DNA from: a virus
Virus record (IMG/VR): IMGVR_UViG_3300027801_001565
Length of the DNA stretch: 64,000 nt
Reading direction: 5' to 3' (one strand)
Shown here: positions 28,808 through 38,650 of the stretch, piece by piece
Layout of the letters: every line of letters begins with the position of its first letter
Position numbering within the stretch: the stretch's first letter is position 1
Program-made: the position numbers and the translations under genes
Notes under the pieces: generated by a model
Database searches by the model: none
Seen by the model: the letters and a program-made list of their open reading frames with translations, nothing else
Told to the model about the DNA's origin: nothing

Positions 28808-30601
28808 TTAATCTATATGTGTTTTAAAATTATTGTGTGATGCATGTCCATGAGACTGCATATGTTCTTTATCTACTGGCTTCCCACTCATATATTTATT
28901 AAGAAATTTATGTGCATGTTGAGCAGATACTTTATGTGTTTTTCCATCTTGGAATTTTACACCATCATGTTTGTCACCTAAACTAATAGACTTTCTTAAC
29001 TGAGCCACAATGTGCTCTGGACCTTTATCTTTTGATCCGTCATGTTTATTAGCTTTGCCTTCAGTAGGTTTCTTAGGTTTAGATAAGTCCTTGTCTTTGG
29101 CAATATCTCTCATTGCATCTTCTTTAGCGCCTTCTTGTACATCGTTGTACAGTCTGTCTGTTTCTGCTTGAAGAGCCACATTAGGGTCTACTACTAAAGG
29201 TACTTCTGAAACGTTATTTTTGCCTGTTAAGACATCCATTACAGTTTTGTGTACATCTCTAATCTTATCGCCTTGTGTTCTATAAGTTTGTGTTTCTTCT
29301 GGTGTATCTTCGTTCTCTTTGATATCTTTACCCATAGCCTTTTTAATTGCTTTGTCTTTAGAGCCAAAGTATTCATCTTTTTTAGTTTCTAATTTGCCGT
29401 CACCGTCATGGTCTTTCTTAGCAATTTTAGATTCTGTTTTAAATGTCTTTGTACCATCAGCTCTTTTAGTAACTGTTTTTGCCTTAGATCCTACTTTACC
29501 TGATTTGTTAGGTCCTACGCCATGTTTTTTAGCTTTATCATCTAGCCATTTATGTGGGTCTTTAGGTGGGTTATCAAAATCATAGCCATGATCCATGGCA
29601 AAGTTTTTTAATGATCCCTCTTCTAATCCTAACTCTAGTTCTTCATTCGCTCGTCTAAGTGCGTTTGAAACATCTGGGTGATCTGACAATCCTTTCTTAA
29701 TTTTCTCTGCCTTTTTAGCAGCGCCTGAGTAATCTCCACCTTTATGTCTAGGGTCAAATGCTATGCCCTTGGCCATTTTAATTTGTTTGTCTGAGTAAGT
29801 AGCCTCTTCAACATGCTTAAATAGTGATCCCTTAATAGACTCTGGAATATCTCTTACATTGTCTACTTTATTATTAGCTAATGCTCTTTGTAGATTTTCT
29901 TTGTAAAGATTATTAAACTTGATAAAGTCTTCTGCTACGCCTGCTTTCTCTTTCTCTTTTCTGAGTTCTTTAGGCATATCTTTAAGCTTCATTTCTTTAG
30001 ACCTTCTTCCCATACGAGAAGCTAATCTAGTAGCACGCTTTCGCATACCGTCTGAATCTAGATCTGAAATTAAGCCTTCCTTAATATCTGGTTTAGTCAT
30101 TTGCTTAGGTCCATCTGTTATTTCGGGGTTCTTTTTAGAGCCTCCTTGTACAGGTGATTCCGTATCGCCTTCTGTTTTATCGGCTGGACGATGAGCTACT
30201 GCTTCATCGGTTCTTTCCTTGCCGGGTTCTTTTGGTTCGCCTTTCGTAACGAGGGAGGACTTCGATTGTTTTTTCATTTTCTTCTCTTTTTTAACGTCAT
30301 CTTGGTCTTCCGATCCGTCGTGAACAACGATTTCTATATTATTATCTGCCATTCCTTTCTCCTCGGTTTGATATCTATTTCTTTGAGTATGTAGTTTAGC
30401 TCTGTTATAAGTTATATCGTCTCCGAATTGGAACCCCATCATCTTATCCATAAGCTTTGAAATTGCTTCTCTTTCCATAGGTTGTAAATTCTTACCCATT
30501 TTAAGATTGGCTAACGCTCTATGTAAAACCGGTAATTGACTAGCTGGCATCATGCCTTGTCTTATCAATGTGTCCAGTCTCTTGTGATCTACGCCTGCCA
30601 T
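28808..30601 (-). CDS. Lys/Asp/Glu-rich modular putative internal head protein
   Basis: Late promoter 30626-30633; many (I/L/V)xE junctions between short basic modules. Confidence 0.65.
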   Translation of the reverse strand: MAGVDHKRLDTLIRQGMMPASQLPVLHRALANLKMGKNLQPMEREAISKLMDKMMGFQFGDDITYNRAKLHTQRNRYQTEEKGMADNNIEIVVHDGSEDQDDVKKEKKMKKQSKSSLVTKGEPKEPGKERTDEAVAHRPADKTEGDTESPVQGGSKKNPEITDGPKQMTKPDIKEGLISDLDSDGMRKRATRLASRMGRRSKEMKLKDMPKELRKEKEKAGVAEDFIKFNNLYKENLQRALANNKVDNVRDIPESIKGSLFKHVEEATYSDKQIKMAKGIAFDPRHKGGDYSGAAKKAEKIKKGLSDHPDVSNALRRANEELELGLEEGSLKNFAMDHGYDFDNPPKDPHKWLDDKAKKHGVGPNKSGKVGSKAKTVTKRADGTKTFKTESKIAKKDHDGDGKLETKKDEYFGSKDKAIKKAMGKDIKENEDTPEETQTYRTQGDKIRDVHKTVMDVLTGKNNVSEVPLVVDPNVALQAETDRLYNDVQEGAKEDAMRDIAKDKDLSKPKKPTEGKANKHDGSKDKGPEHIVAQLRKSISLGDKHDGVKFQDGKTHKVSAQHAHKFLNKYMSGKPVDKEHMQSHGHASHNNFKTHID

Positions 30602-30637
30602 ATACTCTTCTCTTGTTTACTCTTGTATTTATACAAT

Positions 30638-32212
30638 CTATACAGTTGATCTTAATTTTTTAATTTTATAATCTTCAATGAATTTTTTAGCATACTCTAC
30701 GGGTGGTGGTAGTTCAACCATTCGTTTAGACATATCTTCCCATTTATGCTTAGGGTCTATTAACCAGTTGTGATATGAAAATGGTAATGGGGGTTGATTC
30801 CCACCTGTAAAATCGTTATCATACCACTCATGTTCTAAGTATGATAACACTTTATATAAATCTAATGTATCTGACTTCCAGTTCATAAAAGACATTTCTT
30901 CTTGGAATGTGCTGTCTTCTGTATTGTATACTATCTCATCATTGTTTGATTCACGTTTAACTAACCCCTCATACAATTTTCTAAACTGTCCTCTTGGCCC
31001 GTCTTCCCAAGGTGAGTTGTTATTATTACACTCTGCCATTGTAGTTTTGTGATAGCCATACTTCTGAGGGTCCATTGCAAATCTGCTCTGTTCCTCATAC
31101 TGTCTTGTCTTATCTGGAATCCATAAAGGCATAATCTGAGATGTTTGTCCGTCCCAATTATTAACTATCCATCTTTTTGTTTCTCTTAATGAATCTAAAG
31201 TCTCATGTGGCAGGCCTGCTATCAGACTTAAATGCGCCTGGAAGTGGCCTCTTTCTCTAGCCCACTCTTTATATGCTAGTAAACCATCTTGTAGTCTACC
31301 AGAGTGCATACCCTTACCTACAGCTTTTGCGGAAGGTGTGTGAAATGATTCTATACCGTAAAACTGAGAGTTTAACCCTATGTCATGTATCATTTGCCAG
31401 TCTTTAGGTTTACATACTAACAAGTCGCCACGAATATAACCTGCACAATTAGGTTTGAACGGGAGTCTCTTTATAGCTCCTGCAAACCTTTCTAATTTTT
31501 CTGTGTAATCGTTAACCGTCTCATCTGATATAGAGTAATTAGTTGTGCCCCATTTCTCATAGTTCTCTAACATCTCTGTATATAAATTGTCCTCAGACCT
31601 GCTGTGATCTTCCTTAATGTTCCTATATGTGAGGGTACAAAAGTGGCAGTTAAATATACAACCACGCCCAAACTCTACTGTAAGGACCTCCTGTGGCTGT
31701 ATATGATCTCTATCTTCGTAATGCGTGGACAAGTTCTTCATCCTAGCAGCCATGTAGTCATGGGTAGCGTCTACGCGCCTAAAAGAGTTTCCGTTTAGCC
31801 ATTTATGTTCTGTATATTTAACATTACCACTAAGAATAGCACTCATAGCTAACTCTCCATAACCATGTACCATGTAGTCTAATGGAAAACCTTCACAATT
31901 ATGGAATGCTTGAGAGCCACCTATGATTAGAATGTCTGGATATTCTTCTTTAAACCAATAGGTAAATTCATATAATGTTTTAAATCGTATTGAGAATGTA
32001 GCACTAAGTCCTAGGAACTTTGTATCCTTAGATACTCTTTGTCTAGTAAATTCTTTAAGCTCTTCTACTGTCCATGATTGAACAAAGTCGAGAACTTCAA
32101 CGTCCCACCCTTCTCTCCGTAGATGTGTTGCTATCTTATGTGCGCCGGGTGCTCGTTTGATTGAATCATAATAATAATCAACCACACCACCTAATATAAT
32201 TCCGTGGTTCAT
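30638..32212 (-). CDS. B12-binding-domain radical SAM protein (paralog 2)
   Basis: GAHKIATHLRREGWDVEVLDF; GRGCIFNCHFC; FYGIESF; IAGLPHET; TATAAATA 5 nt upstream. Confidence 0.85.
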   Translation of the reverse strand: MNHGIILGGVVDYYYDSIKRAPGAHKIATHLRREGWDVEVLDFVQSWTVEELKEFTRQRVSKDTKFLGLSATFSIRFKTLYEFTYWFKEEYPDILIIGGSQAFHNCEGFPLDYMVHGYGELAMSAILSGNVKYTEHKWLNGNSFRRVDATHDYMAARMKNLSTHYEDRDHIQPQEVLTVEFGRGCIFNCHFCTLTYRNIKEDHSRSEDNLYTEMLENYEKWGTTNYSISDETVNDYTEKLERFAGAIKRLPFKPNCAGYIRGDLLVCKPKDWQMIHDIGLNSQFYGIESFHTPSAKAVGKGMHSGRLQDGLLAYKEWARERGHFQAHLSLIAGLPHETLDSLRETKRWIVNNWDGQTSQIMPLWIPDKTRQYEEQSRFAMDPQKYGYHKTTMAECNNNNSPWEDGPRGQFRKLYEGLVKRESNNDEIVYNTEDSTFQEEMSFMNWKSDTLDLYKVLSYLEHEWYDNDFTGGNQPPLPFSYHNWLIDPKHKWEDMSKRMVELPPPVEYAKKFIEDYKIKKLRSTV

Positions 32213-32227
32213 AATGTTATTTATATG

Positions 32228-33124
32228 TTATAAGGTAGGGTTTATCCTTTTAAGGCATTCTTCAGCCCACTCTAAGTGAGTGTTTACGCCTGGGTGATGC
32301 CCGGTATTTCCATCATCATAGGCGTAATCACTCCATTCCCATCTTTTAAGTGTGAACTCTGGGTATGCTTGTGATACATGAAAATATACGTCTGAGTCCC
32401 ACCCACCCATTATAAGATTAATATTCCTTTCATTACATATTTTAACAATAGCATCAATATAAAACATTAGAGCTTGTTTAAGATTTATAGGTTCCTTACC
32501 TTGTCTAACGTCCTCTCTTAATTCCTTGTAGTCGTCGGTGGCTAAGTTTTCCAACAATGTTATCCACTCTATTGAGTTAGGTTTGATACCTGATAGTGCT
32601 GATAGTGAACGAAACATGTTATCTCGGAAACATAGTAGTTGTAGGTGAGGGAATGTAAATATAACCGTGTCTAGATTAGTTACATGTAGAGTAGCAATAA
32701 ACTTCTTGTACATATGAATAATATGATTTGATGGTGTCCCTAAATTAAACACACCCCAATCATCTCCCAATCTGTTTTGTAATATCTGAGAATAGGAGTT
32801 CTCTACACCAACACCCATTGTTGCACTACAACCAAATACAGCAACGTTCTTCTTTCTACCTAGAGGAAACTGATCGCGGAAGTTATACTTATTTATTGTG
32901 TAGTCCCAATCTGGGTGGGTCTCCCATTCAGGCCATATTGAGTTTATTTGGAACTCTTCTTTTAGGCCTAGTAATAAATCTAACTGTTCGGGAGTTAATA
33001 CACCGAGACTACGCATGTCCCAGAATGTTTTTGTGTATCGAGGATCGAATAATTCCAGAGTTTTCATAGAAGCTATCTGGATTCTTGCTACCTGGGGTAG
33101 CCCCCAATTGCCTTTGGGCCTCAT
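32228..33124 (-). CDS. SGNH/GDSL-like protein (paralog 3)
   Basis: INKYNFR, FGCS.T.G.G, FNLG.P, HHPG...H. Confidence 0.65.
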   Translation of the reverse strand: MRPKGNWGLPQVARIQIASMKTLELFDPRYTKTFWDMRSLGVLTPEQLDLLLGLKEEFQINSIWPEWETHPDWDYTINKYNFRDQFPLGRKKNVAVFGCSATMGVGVENSYSQILQNRLGDDWGVFNLGTPSNHIIHMYKKFIATLHVTNLDTVIFTFPHLQLLCFRDNMFRSLSALSGIKPNSIEWITLLENLATDDYKELREDVRQGKEPINLKQALMFYIDAIVKICNERNINLIMGGWDSDVYFHVSQAYPEFTLKRWEWSDYAYDDGNTGHHPGVNTHLEWAEECLKRINPTL

Positions 33125-33129
33125 AATAT

Positions 33130-34524
33130 TTAACCTACTGAATAACTAAATGCTTTATAAGCCTTGGAAGCCTTTTTAATTGTTGGACCACCAGATTTAA
33201 TTCGTGACTTGAATGCTTTTGCCTTAGGTGCTTTAAACTTGCCAGGCTTCTTAATTTTATATCTCTTAGCCTTCTGACTAGCTGCTCCACGTATTGCTTT
33301 AGCTGCTTTGTACTTCTTACTAGTAGTAGCCCCTGCCTTACCTCTACTTCCTAAACGTTTAATTTCGTTCTTTCTCATCTGAGGTAATAGTTTAATTGAT
33401 ATACGATTAACTAATGGTTGGAATCTAGTAATCATTTTCTCTACCCTTGCCTTCTCAGCAGGTGGTAAAGATCCTCTATCTCTTCCTCTGAGCAATCGTT
33501 TGTATACCATAAGTCTCGCACCACGAGTAGCTCTTCTTTTCAATCTGTCTGGAGTTGAACCACGTCTTAGAGCAATACGTCTTGCTACTTTTAATTTTTG
33601 TTTGTTACGTCTCGCATTAAAACGTCTTTTCATACGTCCTTGTACAGATAGTACTTCGTGTATAGCTACATCATTGTTTGGATCGCCATCGAAGTCTTCA
33701 TCTTCTAGTTCTTCTTCGTCATAAAGACCTAGATTAAGAGCATCTTTGAATGTGAAGTTGTCTGCTGCTTTATCTAACTCGTCGACATCTATTTGTTCTA
33801 TATACCACTCGCCGTCTTTACCTGTTAACCAATGGCCTTCATCACCTGTATCATGTGTCTCTTTCTCATTGTTAACAGGGTACTCGTGTTTACTGTGGTT
33901 TGCTTGATTAGGTTCAATGTGATCGTAACCTACAAAGTTTTCAGGATCTGCATATCGCATCAAGTCAAATGTTTCATTGTATCCTTTAACAACAGGGGCG
34001 TCCTGGTGAAGAGGATCCATGTCCCCCATATGAGGTGATATCAACTTCTTCTTTTTGTTTAACAGTTTTTCTGTTATCTTTGTACCAATCTCATCTTGAG
34101 GCCTTCTAGCCTTAATAGGCAATGTTTTTAGAGGTTTAGATACTTTCCCTTCGCCTGGTGTTAGAGATTTAAAATATGCTGTGCCTTGAGGTGTTCCCCA
34201 TTCCATACCGCCTGGAGTTGGATCGTAACGTTCGTCTTCTTTAATAGGCACCGGGGAGGGATTCTTTTTAACAGACTTCTTTGCTGAGTCTATCATTCGT
34301 TTTTCGTGTTTTGCTAACGTTTCTTTTTGTTTGGCATTGCGATCGTCCCAGTAGCCTTCTTTCTGAGTAGTTAACGAATCGTAGCTTATCTTTTTATTGA
34401 AGGAAGCTTTGTAATCCTTAATAGATTTGAATTTACTTCTGTCTACTTTTATCCCAGCTTTCAATCTATCTTGTGGTTTAGGAACGTTGCCTGCCGACAT
34501 TGCAGCTACATTTTCTTTCTGCAT
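33130..34524 (-). CDS. basic putative internal head/core protein; probably the C-terminal part of a frameshift fusion
   Basis: Arg/Lys-rich C-terminus; frame is open upstream to the A9 run; no SD before the ATG. Confidence 0.7.
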   Translation of the reverse strand: MQKENVAAMSAGNVPKPQDRLKAGIKVDRSKFKSIKDYKASFNKKISYDSLTTQKEGYWDDRNAKQKETLAKHEKRMIDSAKKSVKKNPSPVPIKEDERYDPTPGGMEWGTPQGTAYFKSLTPGEGKVSKPLKTLPIKARRPQDEIGTKITEKLLNKKKKLISPHMGDMDPLHQDAPVVKGYNETFDLMRYADPENFVGYDHIEPNQANHSKHEYPVNNEKETHDTGDEGHWLTGKDGEWYIEQIDVDELDKAADNFTFKDALNLGLYDEEELEDEDFDGDPNNDVAIHEVLSVQGRMKRRFNARRNKQKLKVARRIALRRGSTPDRLKRRATRGARLMVYKRLLRGRDRGSLPPAEKARVEKMITRFQPLVNRISIKLLPQMRKNEIKRLGSRGKAGATTSKKYKAAKAIRGAASQKAKRYKIKKPGKFKAPKAKAFKSRIKSGGPTIKKASKAYKAFSYSVG

Positions 34525-34607
34525 CGAAGCGTCTTGGTGTTTCCACCAATTATGATCGTCTTTTTTGGAGAGTGCTTTTAAGTCCTTATGAGCGGACTTA
34601 GGTATTA

Positions 34608-35660
34608 CTACCTTTTTTTTTGAGAGTCCACACGTTTTTTAATATTTTCGCCTGAGACTGGATTGTAAAGCTTCTTCTTACTAGGTGAAACTGGTTGTTT
34701 CTCGTTGGCTGAATCAACTGCTTTGACAACCTTATCAACTCCGCGCCTTACTAGATTGGCTAAACTTTCTTCCATATTATTTAAATCGAATACAATATGG
34801 TTTGCTTCATTTACCTTAGGTGATTCCTTCGGTAGGCCTGCTTTCTTAAGTTTCTCTTTAGTTCTTAAATCTGAAACAACTGGATCGTAATTATCATTAG
34901 AAGACTCTGTTTTTAAATTCTTCATTATTCCTACTTGTCTTGCACGGATGTCTTCGCCAATTCGTTTATCTTTTGGATCTTTGAACTGAGATGCAATTTT
35001 ATTTTGTAAATGCTTAGGTATAGGCTTATTACTAGGTTTATATTTAGGTTTTAAGTCCGCTGCCATATCTTTAATATTGTAGCCTTCACTCCAATCTTTT
35101 CTGACGGTTTCTTTTCCACCAGGGCCGATGTCTGTTACTTTTGTTTTAATAGGTGGACCGTTGTATTTAATCTTAACTGTTTTAAGACTGTCTGGCTTTG
35201 TGCTGTGTACTACAGCTTTCTTCCTACCTGCTAGTGCTTTTGCTCGCCTTTTTTCGTTATCATTAAAATCTTCATTTTGAGTGGCTCTTTTTGCTAATTT
35301 CTTAGTTGCTCTAATAACACCCTTTGCTCTCTGGACACTTTTCATGTCTTCTTTCTCGCCTGCGTCAAAATCATCTGAGTGTGCTAATTTGTGAGCTCCT
35401 TTAGAAGCCAAATTACCTACTGATTTTTTACTTAGAGGTGATACTGCTTTTCTTACATAATTGGATAGTGTCTTAGTTTCTAGCTCTGTGATGTTTTCTT
35501 CTTTCATCTTAAGGGATTTTAGTGGCTTTACTGAAAAGTTTTTTGAATTGTCGTTATGTGTGTCGCCCATTGGTTTCACCAAAGCTTTTTTAGCTGGCCT
35601 ACCAGAAGCTAAGTCCTCACTCATAAGTTTTATTGATTTTTCGATGTCTGTTACTGGCAC
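34608..35660 (-). CDS. Lys-rich modular putative internal head protein
   Basis: GTG start, GGGAGA RBS, late promoter 35682-35689; repeated xxE junctions. Confidence 0.7.
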   Translation of the reverse strand: MPVTDIEKSIKLMSEDLASGRPAKKALVKPMGDTHNDNSKNFSVKPLKSLKMKEENITELETKTLSNYVRKAVSPLSKKSVGNLASKGAHKLAHSDDFDAGEKEDMKSVQRAKGVIRATKKLAKRATQNEDFNDNEKRRAKALAGRKKAVVHSTKPDSLKTVKIKYNGPPIKTKVTDIGPGGKETVRKDWSEGYNIKDMAADLKPKYKPSNKPIPKHLQNKIASQFKDPKDKRIGEDIRARQVGIMKNLKTESSNDNYDPVVSDLRTKEKLKKAGLPKESPKVNEANHIVFDLNNMEESLANLVRRGVDKVVKAVDSANEKQPVSPSKKKLYNPVSGENIKKRVDSQKKR

Positions 35661-35694
35661 TTTTAATCTCTCCCTTACTCTTATTTATACACGG

Positions 35695-36093
35695 TTAATC
35701 TTTTACTTCCGGATCTACTGGTTCTTTAGGTTTATTAGCAATAGCATCTTCGTAATATACGATAACTGTCTTTTGCTGTTCTATATAACGGACTAACTCT
35801 GCCATGTTTAATGACAGGTTCTCATAGTCTGGGATGCTAAGTGCAAAGAATACCATGTCTGCGTGAGTAGTTGTAAATTTTTCTTTAAACTCTTCAAAGT
35901 TAGCTTCTGTTACCGCCCAGTATTTCGTAGGGTATAACGAAACTCCTCGTGGCCTAGGTTGTATAGGAATTGCTCTTTCTATAAATTTGGTTTGTACTTC
36001 AATCTGTGGTGGAGTTTGAAGTAAGCTACAACCACTACTGACTATCAGTAGAAGTAATAGACTCGAGCTCTGTAGTAAGCTTTTGTACGGCAT
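35695..36093 (-). CDS. putative outer-membrane spanin (Rz1-like lipoprotein)
   Basis: Lipobox-like LIVSSG-C; overlaps the i-spanin 3' end. Confidence 0.7.
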   Translation of the reverse strand: MPYKSLLQSSSLLLLLIVSSGCSLLQTPPQIEVQTKFIERAIPIQPRPRGVSLYPTKYWAVTEANFEEFKEKFTTTHADMVFFALSIPDYENLSLNMAELVRYIEQQKTVIVYYEDAIANKPKEPVDPEVKD

Positions 36094-36406
36094 TGTTTAC
36101 CCTCGTTTCAATTAACCCTGGCTTTCTTAGGGTTAGTGCTGTTAAATTGTGTTCTCTTAGTTTTTTCGACAGTTCACTACCATAAGCCTCTGAAGCCTGT
36201 AATTTTACATTTAGCTCATTTGATAACGATTGAAAACGTTCTCTGTCGTCGGATAACGTATCTATCGTATCCTGATTAGTTTGTGCAACGATTGATAACG
36301 CTGCGTTGTTCTCGGTTAGTCGTGTTATCTTCTTTTCAGTAAAATAATAATAAGTGCCAAATGCTAACGTCATCATCAGGAACATTCCAAAGAATACTTT
36401 ACTCAT
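36035..36406 (-). CDS. putative inner-membrane spanin (Rz-like)
   Basis: N-terminal TM segment, coiled coil, KPGLIE.RVN. Confidence 0.7.
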   Translation of the reverse strand: MSKVFFGMFLMMTLAFGTYYYFTEKKITRLTENNAALSIVAQTNQDTIDTLSDDRERFQSLSNELNVKLQASEAYGSELSKKLREHNLTALTLRKPGLIETRVNNAVQKLTTELESITSTDSQ

Positions 36407-36719
36407 TTTTATACCTTTTCTTTTCTAGTTTACTTATCCTCTCCGCCAACTCTGTAGCATTACCCTTCTCTATGGCAGGGTGTGCTTGTGCCTCTAACTT
36501 GTCTATTCTTGTGGCAAGTAATGGATAATCTTGTCTCCACTTTGCCTCTTTTTTGCCTATTTCTATGTCGTATTTTTCGCTTAGGTAAAACATAAAGTTA
36601 TCCAAATGTACCTGGAACCATACTCCTGCCTTTGTACTTAGGAACCACTTACTAAAAGCGTTTCCAAAAACTGCTGTTATACAAGCGATACTTAATTTTA
36701 TTAATATTAACATCTCCAC
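36399..36719 (-). CDS. hypothetical membrane protein
   Basis: N-terminal hydrophobic segment; upstream of the spanins. Confidence 0.55.
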   Translation of the reverse strand: MEMLILIKLSIACITAVFGNAFSKWFLSTKAGVWFQVHLDNFMFYLSEKYDIEIGKKEAKWRQDYPLLATRIDKLEAQAHPAIEKGNATELAERISKLEKKRYKNE

Positions 36720-37483
36720 CTCTTTAATGATTGGGCCTTTCTAGTCGGCCGCCCTTTATCGTCTTCCTTAACACAATTATCTACAGTTCTCTTACCTTTC
36801 TTCTTAGAGCCTTGTAACTTGTATCCGTCCCAACATGCTTTACCGTCTAATCCTTTTGCCTTTTCCTCAGTAAGAAAATTTGAGAAGTCCATCATTCCTC
36901 TCTCCTCTTTCTGTAGATTCATTCCTTCACGAGTCGCCTTGAATAATTTCTGTCCATGTTCGTCTGAATGGTTAGGGTGTAGTCCAGATTTAAAAGATTT
37001 GTAATCGTTATTAGTGGCATGAGCTCTCATCTTTGTTCCACTTATACCCGACACACCTTCAGCATCAGGATCTCTATGTCCTGCTGAGAGAATATGTATT
37101 TTCTTATAGTCGTATTCTTTTCCGTTGTACTTATGAGCCAACGCTTTAAATTGTTTTACTCTGTCAGAACCCACAACCATTGTTGCGTGTGTATGTCCTT
37201 CCTGATTGAATTTTTTAAGTTGGTGTAAAAATGAAGGGTGTTCTTTAGTAGAGTTTGAGAAGTTTACATCAGGGTGCACATGTTTTAAATAATCTGTCTT
37301 ATGATTGTGATGTAAAGGATCTGTTTTAGGTTTTTGTGAATGACTAACAACCACTGAATGGTTAGCACCAATCTTATCTGCATGTGATTTAACCTTGTCA
37401 ACTACCTTAGAATGTCCAGCAGTTGGTGGGTTCATCCTACCATATGAAAATACTATGTGTTTATCTTTATTTTCTGTTGTCAT
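36707..37483 (-). CDS. HxGH-class (cytidylyl/adenylyl) nucleotidyltransferase-like protein
   Basis: GRMNPPTAGH, VVGSDR, SAG.RDPD, SGTKMR; C-terminal FSNFLTE and CWDGY...NCV module. Confidence 0.8.
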   Translation of the reverse strand: MTTENKDKHIVFSYGRMNPPTAGHSKVVDKVKSHADKIGANHSVVVSHSQKPKTDPLHHNHKTDYLKHVHPDVNFSNSTKEHPSFLHQLKKFNQEGHTHATMVVGSDRVKQFKALAHKYNGKEYDYKKIHILSAGHRDPDAEGVSGISGTKMRAHATNNDYKSFKSGLHPNHSDEHGQKLFKATREGMNLQKEERGMMDFSNFLTEEKAKGLDGKACWDGYKLQGSKKKGKRTVDNCVKEDDKGRPTRKAQSLKRWRC

Positions 37484-38642
37484 TTTTGTTAAAGTTTAGT
37501 GCGCTAAACTCCTTCCTGTCTACGAATTTGGATGGTCTTCCACCTCTAATGGCTACAAAGCCTTCTGGTTTTACTTTCTGTCCATCTACCTCATGTCCCC
37601 ATTCTGATTTCTGGGACATTGTTTTTGTAATAACATCTTTAGCTGCTTGTAAATGTTTGTGCATACCCATTGGACCTTCAAAGTGTTTCTTATTCTTATT
37701 TATATGTCCCATAGTATTGTCCATGGTAGTTTGGTGCCTTGCTTTAGCTGCATCTGTCTTAACACCATCTATCTTCTTCTGATGGCTCTTACTGTGATGT
37801 GCTACAAACCCCTCATGCGAGTGTTCTTCACCTGTCCGTACTGTATGATTAATGTAAGTCTTCATTGCCACAGCGTGTTTCTGGACTGTCTCGTGGTGTT
37901 CTTTTGGGGTATTTTTGAAGTGAGCCACAGCCTGTTCCAAGTGATGGTCTACTTGCTTACGATCTTCCTGTGTGTAGTGATGACTGCTAACATCGTGGTT
38001 GGCACTCATAAGGTGCACATCTTTGTGCTTTGTGAACTCCTTAGCGTCAATAGCACCGTGTTTAGCCTTCATATCCGCTATAGTCTTACCCTCGTACTCC
38101 GTGTGTATCGCTAACCCTAGCTTAGCTCTCTTAGCTGCTTTACCGTGGTCTGAGTCTGCGGGTGCGTGATATGTTATTAACTGTGGTGTAAAGTCTACCC
38201 TGTTGTTCTTCTTATCGTGCTTCACATCGCCTGCGTGCATTATGTCCGCTTGGTATACACCGTTTGGCTTTATCTTGTGAGCGTGATCTAAGGCACCTTT
38301 GAGCTTACTTACTAACCCTGGTGCGTGTCCATGATTCTTTTCTATATCCTCATGGGTGTGATTAATCTTTGGTGTTTTGTTGAATGCTGATTTGGATGCT
38401 ACGAAAAACTTACCGTTCTCGGGGTGTTTACCAAATACAACAGCAGGGCTACCATCATATTTAATCGTTGTCGCTGTATCAGATTTCCCTTTGCCTTGTA
38501 AGTCGTTATGCACATCATTAATAGTATGGAATGCGTGTCCAAAACCTTTGTGTCCAGCATGGATGACGTGATCCTCAACATGTTCTAAATGCTTGAGTTT
38601 ATCTTCTTCTGCGTCTTCTTTTAAAAATTCTACAAATCTCAT
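37467..38642 (-). CDS. DUF6267-like His-rich protein with ligase/capping-type nucleotidyltransferase motifs
   Basis: TIKYDG, YQAD, PEGFV, KFVDR; N-terminal MRFVEFLKE; late promoter 38648-38655. Confidence 0.75.
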   Translation of the reverse strand: MRFVEFLKEDAEEDKLKHLEHVEDHVIHAGHKGFGHAFHTINDVHNDLQGKGKSDTATTIKYDGSPAVVFGKHPENGKFFVASKSAFNKTPKINHTHEDIEKNHGHAPGLVSKLKGALDHAHKIKPNGVYQADIMHAGDVKHDKKNNRVDFTPQLITYHAPADSDHGKAAKRAKLGLAIHTEYEGKTIADMKAKHGAIDAKEFTKHKDVHLMSANHDVSSHHYTQEDRKQVDHHLEQAVAHFKNTPKEHHETVQKHAVAMKTYINHTVRTGEEHSHEGFVAHHSKSHQKKIDGVKTDAAKARHQTTMDNTMGHINKNKKHFEGPMGMHKHLQAAKDVITKTMSQKSEWGHEVDGQKVKPEGFVAIRGGRPSKFVDRKEFSALNFNKNDNRK

Positions 38643-38650
38643 ATCAGTAT

